A stretch of DNA of 64,000 nt from the NCBI GenBank assembly GCA_009103225.1, contig RHPI01000575.1:103224-167223 (forward strand). The letters are read 5' to 3'. Every line of letters begins with the position of its first letter. Positions within the stretch are counted from its first letter, which is position 1. Shown here one piece after another: positions 1 to 14,100 of the stretch. Below the pieces are notes generated by a model. The model had not been told where the DNA came from. It did no database searches and was given only the letters and a program-made list of their open reading frames with translations. The stretch comes from Chlorokybus atmophyticus (lineage: Eukaryota > Plantae > Mesostigma and Chlorokybus algae). The position numbers and the translations under genes were made by a program.

Positions 1-2814
1 CATGTGCATGCGCAAGCCCATGCATGACCAACCCAACATGTCACAGGATATTGGAGACGTGCGCTGCGAGTGGTGCGACGGCGTGTGCACGTCACCATCA
101 GACTCCACATACGCCTCCCTCTCCTGTAACGCAAATGCGGACACCTGTCCCGAGAGCGATGTCTGCACCACGTACACTTCCAGCAGCACCGGTGATATCG
201 CCGCCGGCTGCGAGGCGTGCCTGACCCATGACAGCTGCGCGTGGTGCGGGAAGGAAGGCTATCCTGGTCTCTGCGTGAGCAGCAACATGTGGGTGGTGTC
301 ATGGTTATGTTACTGGTAGACACAGATGCGTGCACACGTTCATGCCAACACTGTGCGTGTGTCTGTGGACAGTGGCAACAAAGGCGTGTGTCCACTGTGG
401 GCGTTATCTAGCAACTCCAGCAGCAATATCACTGCCACATGCAACCAGCTGTCAACTCTCCCTCCAGCGATATCCCCTTCTCCTTCTCCATCCTCTCCTC
501 CACCGATACCTCCTTCTCCCTCTGTATCACCCTCTCCTTCTCTCTCTCCACCATCCTACCCTCACGTCGATATCGGCACCCAGTGGTGGGCAACCATCGC
601 CGATACAAACCAGACCGCAGGGGCCGAGTGCGATATCGGCTCCATCATCCAGGGCAATGCTGCCATAGTCACGCTTGAAGTGCAGAGGGTGGGAGTGATG
701 TCCGGGTCTCAGATGCGGATAGCGGCTGGGTTTGAGTCTGGTGGGATGAGGCAATCGCTTGGAATTGGATCTCAATATCAGATGTTCTCCATCGGGGTGC
801 CGCCGATATCAGTCACTGCCCAGCAGCAAGGATATCGGAGTGTGTACTGGCTCGCAAGTGGGCAAGGAACAGTAAGTACACTACCTTCACAGTCGTGCTG
901 GGCTTGAGGGTGACATCATTAACCACACACGCACACACGCACGTGCGCGTGCACACATATGCATGTACATGCACACACACTCTGCATATACAGGTGGGTG
1001 TTCTTGTTGGTGTTGTGGACAGCAACATCAAGGTGCCGGCTTACGCAAACAAGACGAGCGGTGATGGTGGTATGACTGACAAGCTCACACATGCATCTTG
1101 TGTTGGGAAAGCGTGTTGTATTGCATACTAACACATGTGTTTGGGCGTGACAGATGTTGTGATGAGTCAGAGAGGCTACGCATGCTGCGGCGCGCCTCTC
1201 TACTACACTCTTGCCATTGCCAATTCCAACAAAGTGACGAGCAATGAGGGCCTTGTCACCCATGTCCAGGTAGGTATATCGTGCACGCGTACGTGCATGC
1301 ATGTCAGTGCGCGCGTGAGCGCGTGCATGATAGCGTGGTAAGTAGGTGCGTGTGCACATGCATGCATGTGCGTACATGCGTGTGCACGTGTGTACGCACA
1401 CGCAGACGTGTGTGTGCCTCTTCATGTACATTGATTTGGGTGTATGTGCACGTGAACACGCATGCAATGCAGTCCCACCTATTTAGGTGACGGTATCTGT
1501 CACCCTGGGCGCAATGACAATCAGCACATGGAGCCAAACACAACAACAACAACAACAACAAACCAACTTCAACCGTACAACTACCGCGAGCACCGCAAGC
1601 GAGGGCGTCCTGTTGCTGGACGCCTCATCTCTCCCTCTCACCCTCACACTCCAGGCGAGACACACACGCACACGCACACCCCCTCGCACACAATGCTCTG
1701 TCACACCAACAACCATAAGCTAGTAACGACCATAAGCTGATATTGCTTGCTGCAGGCGGATTCAACGGTGCCGATATCGTACGAGTTGAGTGTTATGGCA
1801 GTCTCTTATGAGGATGAAGCTGGGTCCAACAACAACAGCAAGGGAGAGGGGACGTCTGTGCCGGCGTGGGCGTGGGGACTCATCAGCATTGCCATCGGCA
1901 TCGGCCTGGTAAAGAGAGAGAACATGGCATGCACATGCGCAACACATACGCATGCACGCACACAGATACATGCGCTCATCACACGCAACGACCCGCGCAT
2001 GCACGCGCGCACACACACACGCACACACATATGCGGGAGCGTGCTTCTGCACGTGCACGTGCACCTACTCCTGTTGCAAACAACATACCAATATCTTGCT
2101 GTGCTCACAGGGTGCGGTCGTTGTAGTTGCGGCTCTCCTCACCCGCCGCATCGCTCGCCACCTCCGCAAGCGTCGATACCGTCGCACCGGCGAGGGCAAG
2201 AATAACGTTAGCGAGGGAGGAGAGGGTGAGGAGGGCAATGAGACAATGCCAGTCGAGGTGAGAGACTGAGTAGTTACCATGTTGGGCAACATGTCATCAA
2301 CACAACAAGCACAGGTCCCTGCGGCTGCGGGTGCGGGTTTCTTCACGCACGAGGGCAAGGCGCAGCACGGCAGGACAAAGTACTCGCTGCGGGTGCGGAC
2401 GGCACCCATGGCGGGTGAGGAGCGTGACAGGCAAGTCAATTGTGTGTATATGAGTATATGTGTGTGTGTGGGTATGTGCAAACAATGCGAAACGGAAAGG
2501 CACATGTGTGGGTATGTGCGTCACCTCCTGACCTTTACTACTCTGCTGCAGCTCTGTGGAGAATGCGGACAACATGTGGACTAATGCAGCCTTCGAGAGC
2601 CCGCGACAGGAGGACACCAACACAGGGTGAGCACACGTGATACAGCAGACTCTCTTTACCGATGTTGGGTCGCTGCTTAGTGGTTCCGTTGCACAGTGAT
2701 GTGGCGCTGCGTACGCGAGCGGCGTTGGAGTCGCCGCGAGGGAGCCTCGCGAGGGGAGGCGAGGGGGCGGGAGAGGGGGAGGAGGTCGAGAGGCTGCCTT
2801 GGAGAGAGACGTAG
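1..2814 (+). CDS. Spliced gene (5' part outside window): single-pass membrane protein with PSI/plexin-like Cys-rich repeats, Ser-Pro linker and C-terminal TM helix plus cytoplasmic tail
   Basis: Exons join in frame by eye (approx. 48-290, 373-872, 993-1068, 1154-1270, 1488-1654, 1756-1908, 2111-2258, 2314-2430, 2552-2626, 2697-2814 TAG). Motif CEACLTHDSCAWCG..C; (SP)n tract; TM segment WAWGLISIAIGIGL/GAVVVVAALL followed by RRIARHLRKRRYRR. Confidence 0.65.
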
Positions 2815-3341
2815 AGCGCGTGCTGTACATGTGTAGGTAAAGCATTGTTGAATTGTTGTGTTTGTTTTGCTGGTGCGCGGGCGTGCGGGCGTGTATGTCA
2901 CATTGGTTGGCTCCCCTCCCTTGCAGCAGTCTGACATGCTGACAGTGCGTATCGCGGTGTGTCTTCCTCATACATTGGTACATGACTTATTACATGGCAG
3001 CACACTCATCAGCACCACTCACCACTACAGGAGATCCCCCAAACTGCTAATGACATAAGTGACACGGGAATTTAATGCCATCTTTGAGTGTTAACACCGA
3101 GGTCAGGTGTTAATCGCCGAGACAGAACAGAGTGCAGGTGAAGTTTGATGCTGAGTTGAGCGCAGTGTACGACATGCAATATTTCACAAAACCAGATCAA
3201 CATCGCCTTGACACTGGCAGCACATCAACAACTATCACAAAAAGTACAAACCGAGACAGTCCTTGCCTAAATGTTGCACCATTCGATTCTGTAAACATGG
3301 GGCTTTGGGAAGGGATGCACAGGCTGAATCACACGGCAGAA

Positions 3342-5470
3342 CTAGTGGCCCACTTGTTTCATCATGGCTGGACTCTTGCGCTCACCAGCCACTCCAATGC
3401 TGTCCACAATCGCCCTCACAGCTGACAAATCCTCCTTCGACAGCTGGAGCACAATGCAAAAGCCACACTATATGTCAGTCAGTCTGTAATGATCTTAGCT
3501 AGTACGATAAGCATAATACCTGGACGCTTCCACCGGCAATGTTTTCCAGCAGGTACTTCTCCCGCTTCGTGCCCGGGATGGGAATGAAGCAGGGGTCCTG
3601 CGCAAGCACCCATGCCAGCACGAGCTGCGCGGACGTCACGCCTGCGCAACAGACAGCCAACGAGCATAAAGAGACTGTTACCAACCTTTACGCACAATCA
3701 GACCATGCTGTGATGTATCACCAAGTACTGTATGTAATGCACTGGCTGTCAGTACCTTTCTGTTTTGCCAGTTCTTGGAACTTTTCAGCCAGCTGCACGT
3801 TCTTGTAGAAGTTGTCTCCCTGGAAGCGCGGGCTGAGGGCCAGACGGAAGTCATTCTGCGCCAAGTCTTGAGGGCTCTGCACAGCAGTGTCAGTTCCATA
3901 TGAAACCAGGCCAATCACAGGCACACACACGCGCACGCGCGCGCAGGCCTTGGAAAAAGCACATAGAACACATACTCGTGCCATACCTTGAATCTGCCTG
4001 TCAGAAAGCCATTGCCCTGGATCAAGCAGAGCGCATTGTTAGCAGCCAGTTAATTGAGGCGTTATATTGGAGATATAAAACCTCTGATTATCAGTATCCT
4101 GAAAACTGATACTTACTTACCAGCGGTGAGTATGCCACAACAGACACACCGAGCTCTCTCGCTGCATCCAGTATGCCATTCTCCTCTATATCAAGCGTCC
4201 AAGGAGAGAACCTGTTTCATCTGCCATGCTGTGAGAGGCAGGATGCATGATCGTGATGTCCACACCCCTTGACATTGATATTGAGTGTGACTTACTCCAT
4301 CTGAACTGCTGTGATGGGATGCACTTTGTGCGCCCGTCTGAGCGTCTCGGCAGAGCACTCTGAGAGACCCAAAAACCTGCAAGAAGTGGAAATGACAACA
4401 TGATTGATGGCTATGAGCTTGCATGCGTACTTACAAAAACCTAGCGCACCTGACTTTTCCATCATGCACCAGGTCTGCCATTGCGCCCACCGTGTCCTCG
4501 ATCGGCACAGTGGGGTCCACTCTATGCTGCAACAAACCAAAAGCGCAGTGTGTACAAGTTGGCCCAAGGTGAGTGAGTTACTTGGTTGGTTGCCAAGTAG
4601 CATGCGCTGGATTGCACACGTGCATGCGTGCGTGTGGACAGAGCTGCACACGTGTATACACTTGTACGCGTGCGTTGCACATGTGTACACCAACGGCTGT
4701 GTATGTTAGTGTGTATGCGTGCGAAAGCAGCCGGGACTGCAATGCAATGTGAAGAGAGAGGATCACACGTACTTGATAGTACAGGTCGATGCAGTCGACT
4801 CCCAGGCGGTCCAGACTGGCCTGGCACGCTTGCTTGACGTAGCTCGGGCTGCCGTCCACCGCACCGCCGGCCTTGAAGCCGAACTTGGTGCAGATGAACA
4901 CCTCGTCACGCCTGTCCTTGAGTATCTGTCCATCCAAGGGAAGACATGTCACAATAGTCCACAACCATACTCGTTGGGTTTGTTGTTGTTGGGTTCTACC
5001 TTTCCAACTAAGCGCTCGTTGTGGCCTCCTCCATACGCGTCCGCCGAGTCCCAAAAGTTGCATTTGTAATCGAGGGCGGTGTTCAACAGCCGCAGCGACT
5101 CCTCCTCATCTGCAAAGCATAGCAGCCAGAAAAAATATCACCATGCCAGCCACACACACACACGCTTAGCAACGCATACACTTGTTGTGACTTGACGCAG
5201 ACTTCCATCTACGGGCGCATGTGATCAAATAACCTCAATGCATGATCGAGAGGGCGACACAGTGCCGACTTGAAGTGCAGCAAGGTGCAAGTCAGCTTGC
5301 TATTTGATCTTGTGTGTTCATACAGTGCATGCATGTGTCACACTGCAGTCTGCACCTGCATTGCCGTAAGCTCCGCTGAGTCCCATGCAGCCCAATCCAA
5401 TGGCCGACACCTCAGGTCCATCTCGGCCGAGTCTCCTCGTGGGCAACTGCTGCTGCACAGCTTCTGCCAT
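3342..5470 (-). CDS. Aldo-keto reductase (AKR13/IN2-2-like), multi-exon
   Basis: Exon translations [118 protein letters not shown]; last exon [13 protein letters not shown]...GH*. Confidence 0.92.
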
Positions 5471-5918
5471 CGCCTTCACTGGTGGTTGCGCACTGCAACT
5501 GTGTCTCCTGCACCGCAACAACGCTTCAGCACACTGCGCAATGCATACAAGTTGTTGTGAAAGAAGGAGCAAGCAGCAAGCAGACACAGCCTCACCTGCT
5601 GGTCTCCAACGCTAGATGCAGCTGCCCGCAGCTCCGGCCTGGCCTCAACACCGCCACCGCCGCTGCCGCCAGCATGAGAGTGACGCTACGGCACGCAGCA
5701 GCATCAAGCTGGAAGCAGCAGGACACACACGGACAAACAAAAAACCAAGGAGTATCCGGGAAACACTATTCAGGCTGCCGTCAGTCCAGTCCATTTAGCT
5801 ACGTAACCGAACCCCAAAACTATTCCCCATATCCCCGATCACTAGTCGCTCCGATTGCTTGTCAACAATTAAACCCCAGAAAGGCTGGGCTTAGTTTGAG
5901 TTGGTTGTTGGCTTGGGC
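5471..5918. promoter_or_regulatory. Putative short bidirectional promoter/5'UTR region
   Basis: 448 bp between divergent start codons of the AKR (-) and alpha/beta hydrolase (+) genes; inferred from position only. Confidence 0.35.
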
Positions 5919-7833
5919 ATGGCTGCGCGTGTCGCCGGCGGCGGCGGTGGGGGGCTGCTAGGCCGCCTAGCCGGGAGCAGCAGCTTGACAAAGCCATGGC
6001 ATGCGGCTGGGGCTGTGAGGTTCATCTCCTCCACGTCTCCTCCTCCTCTGGTGGCGTATGAGGTGGCCGGCGGCGAGGAGAAGGCAGAGAATGGCAAAAC
6101 GGCGCTGCTCATACACGGCCTGCTGGGAAACGGACGCAACTGGCGAACGTTCGCGAGGAGATTGGCATCCGAACTTGGTACAACGCACGCACGCACGCAC
6201 TCTGTGTTGGTGCATGCATTGCATGCCGTGCATGCTGCGTGATAGATTGATGATGCTGTCTGTGCTCATTGCATGCCAGACTGCTCACCTCATTGATGAC
6301 TAGCGTTTCCTTGTAGCCAAATACACGCAATGCATTCTGGGGCATCGCCGTGTTTGCCTGACTTGTCCTGTGCGTTTGGTCAGGCAGTGATTGGAGGATA
6401 GTAATGGTGGACCTGCGCAACCACGGCCAAACAGCAGCACTGCCAGGTGAGACACTCAGGACTGTGCACGCTTACAGACATACAAAACTATACACCCCAA
6501 CTCTAATCTTTGCTCTCCAGGCTTTGACCCGCCGCACACGATCGCCTCCTCAGCCTCAGACCTGATCTCCCTCGCCGAGTCGCCGGACATCGCTTCCCCA
6601 GACGTCGTTATTGGCCACTCGCTCGGTGGCAAGGTGCTAATCCAGTGGGGGCTGAGACAGGGGATGCCAAGGTTGAGGAGGTCTCAGTAGGAACAGGAGC
6701 TTGCTGTTTGTTGAGTCAATTGTGTGCGAGTGGAGTGGTGACTCGTACGGTGGTGTGTGATCTGCTGCACACAGGTTGCGTTGGAGTACCTGAAGCAAGC
6801 GGTTGAAAAGAAGTCGAAACGCATCCAGCAGGCAAGTGAGTCAAGGCCAATTAAGACTACCTCCCAGTGCATGCAAGCGATAGAAACTAATGTGGCAACC
6901 CTTCGTCCTTTCTGGTGCAGGTCTGGGTGTTGGACTCAATCCCAAATGCAGTGCAGGTAAGGCTTTGCCCCCNNNNNNNNNNNNNNNNNNNNNNNNNNNN
7001 NNNNNNNNNNNNNNNNNNNNNNNNNNNNNNNNNNNNNNNNNNNNNNNNNNNNNNNNNNNNNNCCCCCCCCCCCAAATTGATCACACACGCACAAAACTTA
7101 GTCTACTTTCTCCACTGCAGGAGTCACAGGACATAGGTGATGTGCCTCGTGTGCTTCGCACTCTGCAACAACTACCACAGGAAATTCATAGCCGGAGGTA
7201 CCCCTGATCCCAGCCAATCTGTTTGTGAACTGGAGGGTTGTGAGAGACAGTTTTGCACCAAAGGTTTCACTAAGACAACCAGTGTCCCTCAGGTGGTTAG
7301 TGGACCAGATGACCGCCAAAGGCTTCTCCAAGATGCTGGTGGACTGGATGGCCAGCAACCTGATGCGCAAGCATCCTGACGCAGCAGAACCGCTCGTTTG
7401 GACTTTTAACTTGGAAGGTGCCTCAGACATGTATGCATCTTACAGGTAAGCTCCTTCACACGCCTTCCGTTGCTGTGTGTTGGACATCCGTCTTCATGAC
7501 CAGTGCAACTATGTTCCCAGGAGGGAAGACTACGTGAAATTCCTTGAGGAGGGCGTGCCGCAAGGTTGGTGTCGTGTGAACAGTCTGTTGGCAACTGCAT
7601 CAGTCTCATCTGGATCGTCTACTTTCGCAGATACAGCTGTAAACATTGTGCGGGCAGAACGAAGTGACCGATGGACGCCGCAAGTGTTGACTTCCCTGGA
7701 AAGGTTGAGCAAAGCCAGGCCGAATGTTGCGCTACATACGTTGCCCAAGGCAGGCCACTGGCTGCATGTAGATAATCCGATCGGGCTGCAGCAGCTGCTG
7801 GTGCCTAAATTGAAGCAGGTGACAGCCAACTGA
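5919..7833 (+). CDS. Alpha/beta hydrolase, ABHD11-like, probably mitochondrial, multi-exon
   Basis: LLIHGLLGNGRNW, VDLRNHG, nucleophile motif GHSLGGK, VWVLDS, C-terminal AGHWLHVDNP; Arg/Gly/Ala-rich N-terminal presequence; gap 6973-7061 lies in an intron. Confidence 0.9.
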
Positions 7834-8899
7834 TGGCGTGATCAACTCCATCACAGGTAGTTTTGCATGACACCAGGGGTGAACTGGTTGAAACGCATGC
7901 AAGAACGTCAGTAATATACAGCTATGATGTAACACTACACCACAAGTTCTCAAGAAAAGCACATCTGGTAGCACAGTTGTCATGCGTATTCTTGGTTGTA
8001 TCAACTTACATTAGTGACTGGCAAGTACGGGTGATGTAGATACTGTGTAGAAAGAGCACTCCGATGGCACATCCATTTATCACAAGTCCGTGCCAGCATT
8101 GTACATCGGGATGAGCACCACACCCGGTAACCTTTGGTGTAGGCCCGGTGGCGCGGCAAGTGCAAGGGAGTAGTGTAGCTGTGTGGTGAGGTATCGCTAC
8201 AACCCATCCTCTACTTTCTTGCCCTATAATACCCTATGCATGTGCATATGCATAGGGTATTAGTCATATTTGCAAGAATGCAAGCATGCATGCAGTCCGT
8301 GCTCATAGCAGCCAACAGTTACAGGCACACACAAGCTAGCAAGGCAATACACTTACATTACACCAGGGCTAATCTACTACTATGCGCTAAGCGACCTATG
8401 CGCAATGCCGTTGGTGAGGGCAGCAGCGACAGCAAACACCAACCAACCAACCAACCAAATTGAGTTCACAAGCGTAGGCAAAGTTAGCGTTGAAGCAGAG
8501 GGTTTGGTGTGGACGCACAGCAAGGACGTGTGATGTGGTTTGTGTGTGATGGTGTGCTATGCTCTACGCCTGCCCTCTTCGGCTCCACTCTCTCCCCCGC
8601 TCTGATGTTGCTCTGGCGGCTCGTATTGCGCCAGCAGCACAGCAGTAGTCTTAAATCGTAGTCAGTAGTTGTTCATAGGCTAGTTTCATGTCGTCAGTCA
8701 GTCATAAAGCAGTCAGCATGATGCCATGGCATTGTGTACACTCGCAGCACAATAGCGATAGCTACAAGGCAGACTTTATCAAACTGCATGAGGGCAGACA
8801 AGCTGCTCCCCTCATATATGAGCTCACCTGCACCTACCTGTCACCCTAATTGCCTCGCAATCACACCTACGGGTTGTTGCGGATGCCCTCACAAGCTTT

Positions 8900-9480
8900 G
8901 ACCACCTGCATATACAAATTCAATGGTGAGAGGTCATAAATGTACCTATTTGCCTTACCATCTTCGCCCTCAGGTCACGGTTTCTATGGCTATATAAACA
9001 CATGGCTGCTATCAGCCATTTTGAAGAGGGAATGGGGGCTGAATGTGCATACTCTAATGAACCTGACATATTGCGACACAACCACGTTCATCTTAGTAAC
9101 AGTGCCGAGATCAGATAATTGATGCGGAGCCCGCAACACAGGCACGGACTGAAATGCTGGCTCCCACAACTTGTTATACAACCTGGTGCAAACACCATGG
9201 TTAGATGTCTGAAAGATCAGCAATTCCAGAAAGGGCACTGCTGTTTTAGATGCTGTTTGTGGTAGGGTCAGCATGTTCTGTGGGTAAATACCACCAGCAA
9301 GTGCAGCATCTGCCATGTACATGAACTCGGGGAACTTTGGCAACGCAATCACTAGCAAGTCATCCATAAATCGTCGGACACAGTGTGCCAGCCTGAGGAA
9401 AAGGGGCCTATCCACAGGGGTTGCAACCGTCGCGGCCACCTGAGCTCATAAGCAAAAAGGTTCTGCATTTGATGTACAAC
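8900..9480 (-). mobile_element. Degenerate Penelope-like element RT fragment (Naiad/Chlamys-like)
   Basis: NLFAYE upstream of RRFMDDLLVI (YxDD equivalent), VPFLELLI, RLYNK, and thumb-like SDLG...KMNVVVSQYVRFIRVCT; no endonuclease or termini seen. Confidence 0.65.
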
Positions 9481-9770
9481 TTGCTTGCGCATCTTGCTCT
9501 ATCGTTGGGTTTGCATCATCGCCACTATATAAGGTTGAAATATCAGATCTTATACAGCATGATGTCAATTGCACAATAAGAGTCAGCAAGCAATGCATCG
9601 TAGAATGCATACCCGATAGCAGGTATTGACAAGCCTTGCATTACTCGCATGAAATGACTTCAATCAACATTGAAGACTACTCACCACATTCTTCGGTAGC
9701 ATTCAACGGTGGCATGCAACCACATGATCAATGCGGTGTGCCTTGCATGCATGAACCCGCCTGCATTTTT

Positions 9771-10708
9771 ATGGTCACTACAAGCGCCAATCTCAGCAAT
9801 CGGACGGCTTTCCCTCACCGCATAGCAAGTGACGCCCGCAGATCAGACGCTTCTCGTGAGTCCGCGCGCTGTGACGCGCGTGAGTCCTGACGTAACATGC
9901 GTGACTTTTTATTTTCGGCAACTCCTTTTGACGGCTATTAACGCCGTTAACAGGCAACCTCAGACGCATTTAACCCAAACTCGCTCAGTAACCTACTGCG
10001 TCGCCTGTTACGAACGCATTCAGGCCGTCAGATGGATCAACAGCTGATTCGATTGATGTGACGCGCGTGACTTGTCACGTAATAGGCGTGACGTTTGCTA
10101 TTCATTACTACATTCATTACAAGTCATGTATGTACAATAAGATAATACATAATACATTACCGCACATAGTACATAATGTACATCATATAAATACTATATT
10201 AGAAATAATTATGGATATGGTTGTATGTATTATACATACAATGCAGACCATGTATGTATGTGTACGATCATATGGAAATACTTATATTTAAGTAATAATA
10301 TATATATGCATATATAAGCAATGCATACACTTACGAGTGCGATTGTGTGTAACATCGTTAATAATAGTGTATAGATTGCAGATTGGGTACATATTTGCAT
10401 GATATTACACGAACATTAGTAAGTAAGTAATGTATATATATGTATATATTCTCGTGTATACTTTGCACATACAATGCCGTATCGTATAAACTTGTATATG
10501 TGGATTAAGTCATTGTTTTGCAAATCGCGATACAACGACGCGGATGGTGGTATCGATGGCTCGCATGGTATCAGTGGATCCAACGGTGAACGCTGGTAGC
10601 TTGCCGCTTAGCCAATTAGGGGCTGGCGGCGCATCGGTCAATTTGAGTCCACCGATCATGGTCGCTCAACCGCCGACCGAAGCAACTGACAGAGCTTGCA
10701 GTGACCAT
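9771..10708. mobile_element. Non-autonomous TIR element, copy 1 (938 bp)
   Basis: 17-bp imperfect TIRs ATGGTCACTACAAGCGC (9771-9787) / GAGCTTGCAGTGACCAT (10692-10708); collinear similarity to 42291-43167; AT-rich non-coding centre. Confidence 0.65.
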
Positions 10709-11109
10709 CACTTCTGGTTTCCAGCAGCAGTCATGTGACACAAGGTTGATGCGCTTGTTGAACTAGGCTCAGTGGGGCTGGCCACTGACTAGTGGACACG
10801 TCGACATGGTTAATGATGTAGCCCACCTCGGGAACACAGCCTTACTCAAGACCCGTATCCTGGCGACAGATGACACCTTAGTACCGGGCATTACGCGGTC
10901 AGTTGCCCTTCGATGACGGTTAAGTCAGCCCCTCAGTCGAGGTCCGGACCGTCCGAGGCCAAGAGCGTAATGTGTGCGTGTTTTTTGCGTATCCCTGTAC
11001 GAGGGAATTACGCCTACGTGGTGCACTGGCCTAAGGGCTGGTGAAAAGACTTGGGCGGCGGCAGTGGTGGTGTTGTCGGCGGTGGTGTTGTTGTCGGTGG
11101 TGGGTCACC

Positions 11110-14100
11110 ATGACGACGACCGCAGCGCTGTGCATGTGGTCGCTGGCGCCACGCAGCTGCCACGCTGCCGCTGCCGCCTCGACCCGGACGTCTCTACGCC
11201 GGTCTCACCACAGAGTAAGTATCCAGCTGCCAGCTTTCTGCCTTAAGCCAAAAGCTACTCACAAATGTTGCCATTGCGCTGTTTCTTCCTATAGGAGTTC
11301 ATGACGAGCTCATTACTTGATGATGTTGACATTACTTCTCTTCGTTACAGAAAGCTTGCAAGTTGCAACAGCATGCATGGCTGTGACTGAGAACATTGCC
11401 ATTGAAAAGACACATCAGTCCTATCAGCATTTAGAGAAGCAATCCGGCATGTTTGTTGCTGAGCGTCGTAAGCAATTCGGTATCTTTTTACACAACCGTG
11501 ACAGCTGTTGTTCCGTGACAGCATGTTATGACAGCAATATCTGCTTGTGTGTTGCATCCTAGCTATGTAGCACACAACAGATCTCTGTTGCATCAAGGTT
11601 GCTAACTACTGTCTGTCGTCTCTTCCTGTAACAGATACCATCTCAGGCAAGGAGCACCTTCATCGGCTCCCCTCGCTCCCTTCTTTCACACACGCGCGCA
11701 ATAACCAACAGACACGGATCCAACGCACCCCGTTGGCGAGTCCTTACACGCTGCGACAGCGAGCAGGACTCCGCCGCCGCGACAGATTCGCCCGCGGCGC
11801 AAGCGGTTGCTCCGGCCTCTGCGCCTGGAAAGTTATCGAAGCTCGATGGCGAGGAGGAAAGACCGCCGCTGCCAACGGGGGAGCTGGTGTACACGCCCGC
11901 ATCGTCGTTTGAACGGGTGGGTGGATGGTGTGCATACTCACATATTTGTGTAACATATGTATGCGTGGACTTGGGTGCTGGGACACGTGCTTGTTGCACG
12001 CGTGCGCATGCGCATGCACACGTACATGTGTGGTTGGTGTGTGTGGATGTGTGCTTGTGTTTGTCAGACAGTTAGTTCACTATGGCTAGTGGAGGGGTGT
12101 ATGCACATCCCTTGCACATGCACGCATGCATACGCGCGCATGTATGCGCGTGTACTCGCACGTACACTCTGCACAACGCTCACACACGCCTCCTCACCCT
12201 CTCCTCTCATCCCCTCTCAGGCCTGGACCCTCCTGCGTCTCCGTTTCTCCCTCCCCTGGCGCCGCTTCAAGTATGGTTCCATCTTATCCTTCGAGCTGGG
12301 CGGCGGTCCCATCCCGGAGAAACCCACCGGCGGCCTCCCCTTCTCCGGCGTCGGGAAGAGCCTACCGCAGATATGCCAGAACCTGGTGAAGGCAGCCAAT
12401 GACCCGAGGGTGGTGGGAGTGTTTATCAAGGTTAGCCCGGTGCAGTGCGGGTGGGCCAAGGTGGAGGAGATTAGGAGACACATTGCATACTTCCGGAAGT
12501 CAGGTGGGGCGTAGTGTGTGTGTCCACTTGTCCACTATACGAACACATGTGTACTACTCACACACGCGCGCATGCGCATATTGTGCACGTATAATGCTGT
12601 ATGCGTATATGCAGTACAGGTCTTGGTGGCAGACATGTTCTGATTATAGTCATTCGCGTGTGGCAGGCAAGTTCACCATTGCTTACATGGAGGTGGGAGG
12701 AGAGAAGGAGTACGTGTTGGCTCGCGCGTGCGAGGAGGTTTACGCGCCTCCCGGAGGATACGTCACCTTGCGCGGGCTGAGCGTACAAGGCTCATACCTA
12801 CGCGGTACGCCCTTCTATCCACATCTACCCAACATCTCAACATAACCCAAGTTGCTTATGTGAGTATGTTGTGTGCAGGTGTGCTCGACAAGGTTGGCGT
12901 GGAGCCGCAAGTGAAGAGGATAGGCAAGTACAAGTCCGCGGGTGATCAGATCGCGCGGCGCGACATGTCGGAGCCCAACCGCGAGATGCTCACGGCCATA
13001 CTCGATGACTTGTACACGTACTTCAAGAACACAACGGCCGCAGACAACGGTAGGTACTGTGTGTTTTGCTGTATGTCTGTCATGTGTGACGATTGTCTCT
13101 TGGCAGGGAAGACTGCGGAGGATGTTGAGAAGTTGCTTGATGAGGGCGTGTTCCAAGTGGAGAAGCTGGCGGAGCAGGGATGGATCACGGGCACGCGCTA
13201 TGAAGATGAAGTCATTGAGGACTTGAAGAAGCGCACGGGCGGGAAAGAGGATGAACTGAGGTATAGCTGGCGTGTGCACTTGTGTGTGTGTGTGCATGCG
13301 CCTGTGTGCGTGTGTGGGCACACGTGCGGGTGCCTGTGCACGTGTGTTCACCTCTGTATGCATTCGTGTGTTCGTGCGCTTATGCATGTGTATATGTGCG
13401 CGCATGAGCTTGTGCATAATCAAGTGCATGTGGGTTTTGCGTGTGTGCGCGCGCAAGCGTGTGTGTGTGTGTTTATGTGTCAACAGAGAGTCTTAACTCA
13501 CATGGTGCTTGCGCAGGAGTGTCGGCTTCAGTCGCTACAGCCGCGTTCCCCCCTCCGCCCTCGGCCTCTCCTCCGGCGGCGGCGACATCATCGCCATCGT
13601 CCGCGCCAGCGGCAACATCACCCGCGGCGGCACCACCTCTCCCTCCCCTCTCTCCGGCGGCTCCGACGGCATCCGCTCCGACTCGTTCATCTCACAGATC
13701 CGCCGCATCGCCGACAACAAGAGTATCAAAGCAGTCGTGTTGAGGATCGACTCGGGTGGTGGAGACGCACTCGCGTCGGACCTCATGTGGAGGGAGCTGA
13801 GACAGCTGGCGAGCAAGAAGCCGCTGGTGTGTTCCATGGGAGATGTGGCGGCGAGTGGAGGGTATTATATGGCCATGGCGGGAGATGTCGTGATTGCGGA
13901 GGAGCTCACTATCACGGGCTCGATTGGTGTTGTCACAGGTGAGAGAGATGGTATACCAACATGTTGGTTTGCGAGCGCAGGCATGACGTGTTGGGTGGCT
14001 GATGTGGGTGTGTTGGGTGCGACTGTCTTTTGTGTGGCATCGTCTTGTTGTGCACTGTGTGTGTGCCTGAAACACAACGCGTGACTCATATGTTGGGTGC

